Counted from the first letter of the stretch, positions 1-7,990 are shown. The stretch is DNA of 32,000 nucleotides from Promethearchaeum syntrophicum (GCF_008000775.2 NZ_CP042905.2:3810001-3842000), one strand, 5' to 3'. Notes: a model not told the origin generated them from the letters alone. A program made the numbers and translations.

Positions 1-189
1 AATGTTCTTCTCTTTATAATTTAGAAGCATTCCCTTTATTTTCTCATCTTCACCAAATGCCATCCAAATTTTTGTTGAGTCTGGATCCTGTTTATAATCC
101 ATAATAAAAAAGAAATATTCTTCTATACGTTCTCCAACAAAATCCCAAAAAATAGGTTCAGTTGTGGAATCAAGTAGGATGATTTTCAT
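1..189 (-). CDS. GNAT-associated paralogue, N-terminal fragment (gene continues beyond window start)
   Basis: Minus-strand ATG at 187-189. My translation is MKIILLDSTTEPIFWDFVGERIEEYFFFIMDYKQDPDSTKIWMAFGEDEKIKGMLLNYKEKNI. It is colinear with, and highly similar to, residues 1-63 of the 306..1076 ORF. Confidence 0.6.
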   Translation of the reverse strand, partial: MKIILLDSTTEPIFWDFVGERIEEYFFFIMDYKQDPDSTKIWMAFGEDEKIKGMLLNYKEKNI

Positions 190-305
190 ATGAATCTTTA
201 CAAGTAGTTTTGATTCAAAAAACTTATGAACTTTAAAAATTCATTTTATCAAATTTGATATAATCTGTAATTCTCCTCAAGATGTCAGGTTATCTGTAGG
301 ATAAG

Positions 306-1076
306 TTATTTCTTCGTTTTATATTCAGAATACTGAAATATTTTTTTATATCCGATTTTCTCATAAATATGGACAGCAGGGCTATTTTCTGCGCGAACAT
401 GAATTAATCCTAAAGTTGTATGTTTAAACAATTCTTGAACAGAACGTGAAACCAGTGATGTGGCTAATCCTTGGTTTTGAAAATCAGGATCCGTGGCCAC
501 AGTAGGAATTATTCCTATTTCTTCTCCAATCCATATATTTGCAAATGAAACAATTCTATCTTCACGTTTTATACCGAACCATATATGATTTTCATCAAGT
601 TCCACATCCTTTCCTTGAACATGACTCCAAAATATTGGATCAGCTTTTCTATAAAGAGCAGCGATTTCTTCTCTATCAGATTCATGCAAAATTTCTGATA
701 CATGTTCATTTATCATTAAATTCTCACCCAAATGAATGACCATTCGATTAATAAGAACTTCTTTTTTGTGTTCTTTATCTGCAGGGCTCAATAATTCTTT
801 TTGGGTATTTATAACTGTTATTTCAGGAGTTCTAATATCCACATAATCTGCCAATTCCTTTACAGCTTCATTACTCCCACGGATATGAACATTTTTATTT
901 TTATAATTTAGAAGCATTCCTTGTATTCCCCCAACATCATCAAACGCTATCCAAATTCTTGTTACATTGGGATTCTGTTTATAATCCATAATAAAAAAGA
1001 AATATTCTTCAATACGTTCTTCAACAAACCTCCAAAAAATTGGTTCTATTGTTGAATCAAGTAAGATAATTTTCAT
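306..1076 (-). CDS. GNAT-family N-acetyltransferase with unassigned N-terminal domain
   Basis: 256-aa ORF. The C-terminal part has a GNAT motif-A-like segment (FQNQGLATSLVSRSVQELF) followed by VRAENSPAVHIYEKIGYKK, typical of the acetyl-CoA-binding core. Confidence 0.7.
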   Translation of the reverse strand: MKIILLDSTIEPIFWRFVEERIEEYFFFIMDYKQNPNVTRIWIAFDDVGGIQGMLLNYKNKNVHIRGSNEAVKELADYVDIRTPEITVINTQKELLSPADKEHKKEVLINRMVIHLGENLMINEHVSEILHESDREEIAALYRKADPIFWSHVQGKDVELDENHIWFGIKREDRIVSFANIWIGEEIGIIPTVATDPDFQNQGLATSLVSRSVQELFKHTTLGLIHVRAENSPAVHIYEKIGYKKIFQYSEYKTKK

Positions 1077-1235
1077 ATGGATTTTTAAAAGTTGATTTTA
1101 TTCATAAAATTTTGTGAAGATTCACTGCCCATGATTCGTAGATGATATCACGATGATGAACTTGTATTATTGCATTTCTTTATCCCAAATAATCTTACTT
1201 TTGATAACGATTAATTTTATTAAACGTGAGAAAAA

Positions 1236-1697
1236 ATGAGCGCTTTCAAAGCAGTTTTGGTAGGAGAAGCAGGTGTCGGCAAGTCAACATTATCTCGCAT
1301 GTTGAGATGTAAACCAGTTGCAGCTTTTAGAAGGACACCTACAATTGGTGTAAACATCGAACAGGTTAAAACTGATAACGGCAATATGTGTCTATGGGAT
1401 CTTGGTGGTCAAAGACGTTTTCAATTTATGTGGAATGAATTTATGCGAGGATCAGAATTAACAATTTTAGTAACTGATAGCAGTGCAGCTAATGTTATGA
1501 TGACCAAGGACATAATTGAGCGACATATGAATAATTCAGCCGCAAAGATCATCGCAATTGCAAATAAGCAAGATCTTAAAGGACGAATGAAACCCGATGA
1601 AATCGAGGCAGCATTGGGCGTTCCAACATTTGGAATGGTTGGAATCGAGTCGTCAAATGAAAAGAAATTAAAGAAGATAATTGAAAAGAGTCTTTAG
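1236..1697 (+). CDS. Ras-superfamily small GTPase, Arf/Roc-like
   Basis: G1 GEAGVGKS, G2 Thr in RTPTIGV, G3 WDLGGQ, G4 NKQD. The post-G4 segment DLKGRMKPDEIEAALG parallels the Arf pattern NKQDL...EI...LG. Only 153 aa, with no N-terminal amphipathic helix. Confidence 0.85.
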   Translation: MSAFKAVLVGEAGVGKSTLSRMLRCKPVAAFRRTPTIGVNIEQVKTDNGNMCLWDLGGQRRFQFMWNEFMRGSELTILVTDSSAANVMMTKDIIERHMNNSAAKIIAIANKQDLKGRMKPDEIEAALGVPTFGMVGIESSNEKKLKKIIEKSL

Positions 1698-1961
1698 AAT
1701 TAAAATTTTTTTCTATTTTATTAAATCACAATACTTCTATTCAGTAAATGTCATTCCAAAGCATTATTTCTTTAGAGAAATGGAACCTGTGAGAAATTAT
1801 AATGAATGATTATTGGAAATATTCATACAAAATGGGAATATTTTTTATTAATATATAAATAAATAAAAAAAAATCTTTTTATAATAATTATGCAAAATGT
1901 ATACTAAGGTTTCATTTTCAGTTTTGAACTTGGAATCCTAAGTTATTTAATGGTGAATTAA

Positions 1962-3305
1962 TTGAAAAAAAAAATTTTAGTCGTATTTTTAGTTACTTCT
2001 TTTATTGTTCTCTTTTTAGGTCTTCCGACTTTGGGATCTGCAGTAAAAGATACAACAAAAATAGAACGGGATGTGTTGGCATTTTCTACTCTGGAAACTT
2101 ATACCGTAGAGGATTCAGTATCCAAATTTAGTCGAGAAGATTGGTTTCTTATTACAGATGTAGAACCTGGAATGATGACATTAGAAGTATCGTGGGGGAA
2201 TTCATACAATTTAAATTGTTATATTTCTACAACTGCTTCAAGATATACTGCCATAGCTCAAGGTATTACTGCTAATAATCCTGAAACTTGTGGTGTTGAT
2301 ATCCAAACTGCTGGAGATTATTATATTGGGATTTATTTTGCTTCAAGCGGACGAACCGTTGACACACCATATACAGCTGTTGCCACCTTCTATACTGGTC
2401 CTGGATCTGATGATGTAATAGATCCTGAAGTATCAATTACAGCTCCAGTTAATGGAGCTATTGTTTCCGATACAATTTCAATTACAGCAACAGCAAGCGA
2501 TGCAGAATCAGGAATAGATTATTTAGTATGCAATTTTGGGGGTACTAATCTAGGAGCTGATTCATCAAGTCCTTACTCATGGACTTATGATACGACCACA
2601 ATTTCGGATGGCATTTATACTCTTTCTGTAACAGCCTACGATATTGCAGGTAATTCCGCCTCAGAAATTATATCGGTGGAAACTAATAATGGAATTGTAG
2701 ACCCTGAAGGAGAAAAGATCGCTGTCTTCTTCTGGGCGAGCGACGCAGGAACTCAGGCAAATATCGATGAATATTGGGCAGTTTTACAAGCCCAAGGTTA
2801 TACTAAAAAGTTCGATTTTGGAGATACACCTGATTTTGAAGCAGACTTTGCAACTGTGGAAGCTTATGAGAACCCTGAAGATACTATTTTCTTCTATCTC
2901 TTTGGTCACGGGAACAATAATGGTGAAGACTCATTAACAGTTTTTGCCCCAGGAACTAGTTTAGTCTATTCAAGCGAACTCCGGGTTATGTTTGATACGT
3001 TGGATGCAGAGCGGATTGGTTATTTAATTGAATCTTGTCATTCCGGCGGATTTCCACTTGATTTTCAAGCAGAGCCATATTTAGCGATGTCTACATCAGA
3101 TGAGGACCATAATTCCTATGCTTTAAGCACTTTACCAGGGGAAGGATTATTCTCAGATGCGTTCTTTGACCACGTCTTAGATGGCTATAATGCTGTTGAC
3201 TCTTTCTATTTTGCTCGGCAAGTTGTCTTTGATAATGCTCGAAATGATCGTTTTGCTCAATTTCCATTAATAGAAGATTATTCTGTTTATGAATGGTTCG
3301 TTTAA
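1962..3305 (+). CDS. Secreted clan-CD cysteine peptidase (legumain/C13-like) with PPC-like and Ig-like modules
   Basis: N-terminal signal/TM (KKKILVVFLVTSFIVLFLGLPTLGSA). PPC-like segment (DWFLITDVEPGMMTLEVSW...AGDYYIGIYFAS). Ig-like module (PEVSITAPVNGAIVSDTISITATASDAESGIDY...YTLSVTAYDIAGNS). His-Gly/Cys dyad context IFFYLFGHG (His codon 2907-2909) and YLIESCHSGGF (Cys codon 3036-3038). Confidence 0.7.
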   Translation: MKKKILVVFLVTSFIVLFLGLPTLGSAVKDTTKIERDVLAFSTLETYTVEDSVSKFSREDWFLITDVEPGMMTLEVSWGNSYNLNCYISTTASRYTAIAQGITANNPETCGVDIQTAGDYYIGIYFASSGRTVDTPYTAVATFYTGPGSDDVIDPEVSITAPVNGAIVSDTISITATASDAESGIDYLVCNFGGTNLGADSSSPYSWTYDTTTISDGIYTLSVTAYDIAGNSASEIISVETNNGIVDPEGEKIAVFFWASDAGTQANIDEYWAVLQAQGYTKKFDFGDTPDFEADFATVEAYENPEDTIFFYLFGHGNNNGEDSLTVFAPGTSLVYSSELRVMFDTLDAERIGYLIESCHSGGFPLDFQAEPYLAMSTSDEDHNSYALSTLPGEGLFSDAFFDHVLDGYNAVDSFYFARQVVFDNARNDRFAQFPLIEDYSVYEWFV

Positions 3306-3328
3306 AACTTGAATCATAAGTAATCTTC

Positions 3329-3344
3329 TTTTTTTTTTTATTTT
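3329..3344 (+). terminator. Oligo-T tract (T11 then T4) between convergent genes
   Basis: T11 at 3329-3339, 24 nt after the stop at 3305. Archaeal RNA polymerase terminates at oligo-T tracts. Confidence 0.45.
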
Positions 3345-3366
3345 GTGTATCTATTAAAAAGGAAAA

Positions 3367-3696
3367 TTAATCTCCGATGCTAATAGTTTTCATGGGTTCA
3401 AATACAAGGACATAACAACCATTCTTACTTTTTGGGCAATGTTCAACAGCTTTAGGAACAACTAGAACTTCTCCTTCTTTTAAAATGACATCTGGTTGAT
3501 TTCTAAGTTGGATTGTAACTTGTCCTCGATATGCTAAAAACATCTCATCTTCAAGGGTGTGTTTATGCCAATGATATTCTCCATGACAAAATGCCATTCG
3601 AACAACTTGATTATTTAGTTTGACCACTTCAACAGGAGTCCAAGGTTTTCCATCAATTTCTAGGATTTTTTCTTCAAGATTAATTTGAGAGAGCAT
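3367..3696 (-). CDS. Cupin-domain protein
   Basis: 109 aa. Two-motif cupin pattern: HGEYHWHKHTLEDEMFLAYRGQ followed by GEVLVVPKAVEHCP. Confidence 0.7.
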   Translation of the reverse strand: MLSQINLEEKILEIDGKPWTPVEVVKLNNQVVRMAFCHGEYHWHKHTLEDEMFLAYRGQVTIQLRNQPDVILKEGEVLVVPKAVEHCPKSKNGCYVLVFEPMKTISIGD

Positions 3697-3792
3697 AATT
3701 TATCTTAAGTTAGGGTAAGATAAAATAAAATTGAAAAAAAAACAACCAAAAATTGGTTACTTATAAACCTAACAATTTATTGGCAGAATTCT

Positions 3793-5682
3793 CTATCCTT
3801 CTGTTGGTTTTTCTAATTTTTCGATTTTTTCTGTTAAAATATCCACTTTTCTCTCTAACATCTTCAATCCTATCGTCAAACGATCTATTTTTCCTTGCTC
3901 TTTGTCATGGAGATCGATTTGTCGTTTTAATTGTTTGATATAATCATATAGAGTTTGACAAAATTCATCAAATTTCTCTATATCGCTAAAATCACATTCC
4001 ATTCCCAATTCCCTATTTAATCCGATTTTTGCCAGATCACCCCAATCTAGTTCCTTTGCTTTTACAGGAACAACCTGAACATTATACTCACGAGAGAGTT
4101 TAAGCTCATATTGGCAATCTACCGAATTTACTGAAGTAGGTGTGGCAATGAAGAGTACGAGTTGAGATTGTGGAACATTTTTATCCATAAAGCCATCAAT
4201 ATTTCCAGAAAGATCCCGTTCACAAAGAAATGCAATATCCACTTCTAATTGTTTTTGTAAAAATAAGCTTAACTGTTCCAATCGACAAGGTTCATAATCA
4301 ACAACAGCATGACTGATAAATACATTGATCGCCATCTTTTTCTTGCTATATTCTTTGATTTCTGGAAGTGTTTTTGCTGAAATAAGTTTGTCATTGAGTA
4401 CAAGAGGATTGTTATCAATTGAAAAATCAATCAGGTTATTTAATTTGAAAACTGAATATGGTAAATGAGTTAGCTGGTTGTTGTTAAGCGTTAAAATTTC
4501 TAATCGTGGAAAACTGCTTAGTTTATCTAGAAATTCTTTTAGATTATTATTATAAAGGTTGAGTGTTTGAAGATTGGATAAATTAAAAATCGATTTAGGA
4601 AGGAATTCTAATGAAGAATTTCCTGTAAGTTTTAATACAGTTAGAGATTTCAGATTTCCAATATGTTCTGGTAATTTCTTCAGTGATCGACAAGTTGTAA
4701 TTATTAGCGATTTTAACGAAATCAATTCTGTTAATCCATCCGAAATCACCTCCATTTTTCCAGAATTTATAATTATGGTTTCTAAACTCTTTAATTCTTT
4801 GAAATGATCTGGAAAATCATTAGCTACCAAAGTTTTAAGGCTTTTTAGATGAATGAATGATTGAGGAAATCGAATTATTTGTAGCGGGAGACTTAATTCT
4901 TCCAAAAACTCGATGTTTCCAATATGTTCTGGTAACTCTTGAATCTTAGTATCGGAAAGATCTAAAATTTTCAAAGATTTAAGACTTGCAATATCAGCAG
5001 GAAAAATTTTTAATGGATTATCGTGGAGCATTAATGTATGGAGATTTTCTTGAACAGACAATGCTTTTTCAATTTTTTCAATCAAATTATTTGATAAATT
5101 TAAAAATTTAAGGTTTTTTAGATGTTGTAAAAATTGTATTGAAACTATCTTGCAATTAGAGGCATCCAAATATTCAAGATTTTCCAATTTAATTAGTTCT
5201 TTATATAAATCAACAGCATTTGGAGCCCAATTTGGTTGACGCGTGGCGCGCAGTGCATCATCCACCGCTTTTCTTCTCTCTTCAATGGATTTATAAAATC
5301 TGTGTTGAGATTTTTGAAATTCAACTTGCCTTCTTTTGGTTTCATTTATAAATTCTGAAAAGATTTCTCCCCATGCACTAACGTCTATTGCTTTAAGGTT
5401 TGTGAGCTTCGAAATTTTGGGAATTCTTTTTATTAAATTTAATTTCTTTTCATTAATATTATCAAATCCCAATCCTAATTCCACAACATGTTGGTCTTTT
5501 GAAATAAAACCAAATTGATGTACCTTATATTTCTCGATCTGGTGTGTCTGTTCATCGATTTTATAATCATCCCATGTAATTTTATCTACATGTGATAAGG
5601 GAACACCAAATTGTTTTTCCAGTTCTTGCAGTACTTCAGCTTCCTCTTTTATCAATTCAATATTTTCGTATTTTTCTGACAT
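3793..5682 (-). CDS. LRR-TIR-coiled-coil protein
   Basis: About 11-12 leucine-rich repeats at roughly aa 165-445 (4348-5190), of the LPxxIGxLxxLxxLxLxxN type (QELPEHIGNIEFLEEL, KKLPEHIGNLKSLTVLKL, LQTLNLYNNNL, LEILTLNNNQLTHLP). The TIR-like domain starts at M450 (ATG 4333-4335): MAINVFISHAVVDYE...FLCERDLSGNIDGFMDKNVPQSQLVLFIATPTSVNSVDCQYELKL. The C-terminal heptad-rich tail is KRQIDLHDKEQGKIDRLTIGLKMLERKVDILTEKIEKLEK. No predicted TM segment or signal peptide. Confidence 0.75.
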   Translation of the reverse strand: MSEKYENIELIKEEAEVLQELEKQFGVPLSHVDKITWDDYKIDEQTHQIEKYKVHQFGFISKDQHVVELGLGFDNINEKKLNLIKRIPKISKLTNLKAIDVSAWGEIFSEFINETKRRQVEFQKSQHRFYKSIEERRKAVDDALRATRQPNWAPNAVDLYKELIKLENLEYLDASNCKIVSIQFLQHLKNLKFLNLSNNLIEKIEKALSVQENLHTLMLHDNPLKIFPADIASLKSLKILDLSDTKIQELPEHIGNIEFLEELSLPLQIIRFPQSFIHLKSLKTLVANDFPDHFKELKSLETIIINSGKMEVISDGLTELISLKSLIITTCRSLKKLPEHIGNLKSLTVLKLTGNSSLEFLPKSIFNLSNLQTLNLYNNNLKEFLDKLSSFPRLEILTLNNNQLTHLPYSVFKLNNLIDFSIDNNPLVLNDKLISAKTLPEIKEYSKKKMAINVFISHAVVDYEPCRLEQLSLFLQKQLEVDIAFLCERDLSGNIDGFMDKNVPQSQLVLFIATPTSVNSVDCQYELKLSREYNVQVVPVKAKELDWGDLAKIGLNRELGMECDFSDIEKFDEFCQTLYDYIKQLKRQIDLHDKEQGKIDRLTIGLKMLERKVDILTEKIEKLEKPTEG

Positions 5683-6205
5683 TTTTCTTCTCTTTCCTAA
5701 GTGCGATTTTTACCATTTGAATTCTTATATTATCTTCTCAATCTAATTTAAATACTTTCTTGATACATTTGATCTCTTGAGGAATAATTTTTAAAAACAA
5801 TTTAAAATTTCATAAAGATTTGGAATAAAAAAAAAATAAGATTGATTCCATTTTTTAATACACCGATGAAATATTAAACTAAAAAAATTCATAACTTTTT
5901 CATTTCAATTTTAATCTCTAAAAAAAAAAACATGGTTTAAATGGATCTTATTCTTAAAAAATAAATTTAATGGCATATTTCTATTCAAAATTAATAATTA
6001 TTTAGACCTCATTTCATTAATGCCAGTCTATGAATTGGAGTCTCATCTATTATATGATTATTTTGAAATAAAAATCTTAAAATAAGTTTAATGGATACAT
6101 TTTTGAGTAATTCTATTATTTTTTGCAAATATGTACATAATATAGAGGAATATTATTAAAAGAATAAAAAAAAGAAGGGATTTTAAGGAGATTAAATACT
6201 AACAA

Positions 6206-6213
6206 TTTTAATA
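6206..6213 (+). promoter_or_regulatory. TATA-like box (TTTTAATA) about 27 nt upstream of the 6237 ATG; implies a leaderless or very short-leader mRNA
   Basis: The box-to-ATG distance matches archaeal TATA-to-TSS spacing. No Shine-Dalgarno-like purine block lies immediately before the ATG. Confidence 0.35.
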
Positions 6214-6236
6214 CACCTTTTGGAGTATTACATATT

Positions 6237-7490
6237 ATGAACAAAGATAAAAAAATAAAATATTCTGCCTTAATATTTTTAATTTTAACCAGTTTTTCAA
6301 TTATTAACGTTAAATCTATTAATGTAAGTAGCATTCAAAATTCAGGGTTTGATTATGACATATGGCATATGAGTGATAATCTAACAACGGATTATATGGA
6401 TATCTCATATAAACAAATATCACGTGAATCTGTATATGGTGATGATTATTTACAACGTTCTATAGAAATTAAATTCTTAGATGGAACTAATTCACAATTT
6501 TCTTATGCAATCGATTTATCATTCAATGATACAGGAGTGGACCTAGAAAATCATGCTGTTCTTGATTGGTCAAAATATAATGGAATATCCCAATACATTG
6601 AAACAGAAACTGGGTATGGAAATCTCACAATTGATACTCGTTATCTATTTTACGGAATGGCAATTGGAAAAGGTAATGCAAGTCAAATTGCTTTGGGAAA
6701 TTATACATGGACAAATGAACTTGGAGATGATTGTTGGCAATTAGGTCAAGAAAATGAAAGTGCGTTCATCGATTACGGCAATAAAAGTGTTTTTGGAGAG
6801 GTTATATATGAAACGTATAATTATACCTATGAAAATCAAGAATACAAAGATATCATGATCTATTTTAATGTTACAATGGATGGACAAATTGGATTTGAAA
6901 ATCAAATGAGATATCTACCAATCATTATGCCCATTCAGATACATCATAATGTCACTGAAACTTCTTATAAATATGGTTTTGATATGGATTTTTCAGAAGC
7001 TAAAGATTTCTCAACGAACAGTCAACATGAATTATCTGATGGGGATGAATATTTTCTTTTACAAACAGATAAACTTTCTGTATGGTATAGTATTTTTAAT
7101 CAAGAAGATGCTGGTCCAGATGGAGATATTAATCAATTTAGTTCAAATGAAAATAATGATATTGCAGAATTTAATGTAAATGGAATTCCAGTATATCAAC
7201 ATTTTCCAACTTATTATAAATTGGATAATGAAACCTCGGAACGAGAAACTACAAGATTATACTATGAAATTGGTTCAAAAGATCCGGTTTATTTTTCAAC
7301 AATGTTCTTATTATTTGATGGGTTTAAATATAACCAAACATCAAGATTTTATTTTGATCCAAAAATCATTGTTCCAAATATATTAGAGAAATCATCCAAC
7401 ATTCCGGGATTTTCTTTTTATCCTTTAATAAGTGCACTATTTGTTTCGATTTTCCTAATAAAAATCCGTTTAAAAAAGAACTTAAATTAA
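6237..7490 (+). CDS. Secreted, sequon-rich surface protein with PGF-CTERM-like anchor
   Basis: N-terminal signal (KIKYSALIFLILTSFSIINVKS). I count 13 N-x-S/T sequons in 417 aa. The C-terminus is NIPGFSFYPLISALFVSIFLIKIRLKKNLN: PGF (7404-7412), a hydrophobic helix, then a basic tail. Confidence 0.6.
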   Translation: MNKDKKIKYSALIFLILTSFSIINVKSINVSSIQNSGFDYDIWHMSDNLTTDYMDISYKQISRESVYGDDYLQRSIEIKFLDGTNSQFSYAIDLSFNDTGVDLENHAVLDWSKYNGISQYIETETGYGNLTIDTRYLFYGMAIGKGNASQIALGNYTWTNELGDDCWQLGQENESAFIDYGNKSVFGEVIYETYNYTYENQEYKDIMIYFNVTMDGQIGFENQMRYLPIIMPIQIHHNVTETSYKYGFDMDFSEAKDFSTNSQHELSDGDEYFLLQTDKLSVWYSIFNQEDAGPDGDINQFSSNENNDIAEFNVNGIPVYQHFPTYYKLDNETSERETTRLYYEIGSKDPVYFSTMFLLFDGFKYNQTSRFYFDPKIIVPNILEKSSNIPGFSFYPLISALFVSIFLIKIRLKKNLN

Positions 7491-7494
7491 TTCA

Positions 7495-7506
7495 TTTTTT
7501 TTTTTT
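7495..7506 (+). terminator. Oligo-T tract (T12) 5 nt after stop
   Basis: T12 at 7495-7506, directly after the 7490 stop. Confidence 0.45.
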
Positions 7507-7600
7507 CCATACATTATATATTATTAATTTTTATTTTCAGATGTAAATAATTAATTTTTTCCGAAAATTTTTACATTATTTCTGAAAACTCACAGGAAAA

Positions 7601-7990
7601 CTACTCCTCAAATTTTAATGAAATCGAATTTACACAATATCTTTTACCTGTGGGTTCTGGACCATCATTAAAAATGTGCCCTAAATGACCACCACACTTA
7701 CTGCAGAGAATTTCATCCCTAATCATTCCCAAACTAGAATCTTGTTTAATATCGATTTTTTCTTTTTTTGCAGCGAAGAAACTTGGCCAACCACAACCCG
7801 AATCAAATTTTGTATTTGAATCAAATAGTGGATTGCCACAACCAGCACAATGATATATTCCCTCTTCTTTTTTGTCCAAATATTTCCCTGTATAGGGTAT
7901 TTCTGTTTCCTTTAAACGTAGAACCCTAAATTCTTCGTCTGTTAATTTCTCGCGCCAATATTTAATATCTTTGTTAGTGTTGTTACTCAT
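7601..7990 (-). CDS. msrB: Peptide-methionine (R)-S-oxide reductase MsrB
   Basis: Zn-binding CxxC pairs (CAGCGNPLF; CSKCGGHLGHIF), GWPSF and the catalytic RYCVNS motif. The ORF extends to 8056, but the first 22 codons (MYFTFILKQILLKNIDFLIALK) look non-native. I prefer the ATG at 7988-7990 (MSNNTNKD...). Confidence 0.9.
   Translation of the reverse strand: MSNNTNKDIKYWREKLTDEEFRVLRLKETEIPYTGKYLDKKEEGIYHCAGCGNPLFDSNTKFDSGCGWPSFFAAKKEKIDIKQDSSLGMIRDEILCSKCGGHLGHIFNDGPEPTGKRYCVNSISLKFEE

Larger units (their letters stand above)
1..1135. repeat. Tandem duplication unit: two GNAT paralogue 5' ends plus upstream regions, start codons offset by 887 nt
   Basis: DNA at 1-240 aligns by eye with 888-1130. 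For example, ccataataaaaaagaaatattcttc is shared, and atgaatctttacaagtagttttgattc matches atggatttttaaaagttgattttattc just upstream of each ATG. Confidence 0.6.

Noticed and set aside
539-739. 66-aa plus-strand ORF inside the GNAT gene. The same applies to similar short ORFs antisense to or out of frame with larger genes: 4574-4807, 5336-5518, 6553-6744, 6949-7179, 7180-7386, 13331-13537, 13564-13776, 16867-17052, 17352-17570, 19923-20108, 21275-21499, 21450-21635, 21667-21864, 21942-22127, 23371-23568, 24926-25234, 28638-28835, 29221-29451, 30433-30717 and 30798-31022.
   Set aside because: All are nested in or overlap much longer ORFs that carry clear family motifs. Their translations are low-complexity, Leu/Phe/Ile/Lys-rich strings typical of chance ORFs in AT-rich DNA, and none has a recognisable motif.
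3753-3938. 61-aa plus-strand ORF overlapping the 3' end of the LRR-TIR gene; also the 72-aa minus-strand ORF 6116-6334 overlapping the start of the 6237 gene.
   Set aside because: These are hydrophobic, low-complexity translations of AT-rich sequence. They overlap well-supported genes or lie in promoter regions and have no start-site signals.
4348-5190. Recurrent DNA strings inside the LRR region (for example ccaatatgttctggtaa at about 4661 and about 4917) considered as a possible repeat array or CRISPR-like element.
   Set aside because: They are in frame within one long ORF and encode the recurring LRR peptide LPEHIGN. Their spacing is irregular and there is no repeat-spacer organisation.
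7534-7588. Imperfect inverted repeat between convergent genes: TTTTCAG-ATGTAAA ... TTTACAT-(TATTT)-CTGAAAA.
   Set aside because: The two 7-bp arms are almost entirely A/T, with a 5-nt bulge and a 22-nt loop. Such pairings are expected by chance in DNA this AT-rich. The adjacent T12 tract already explains termination.
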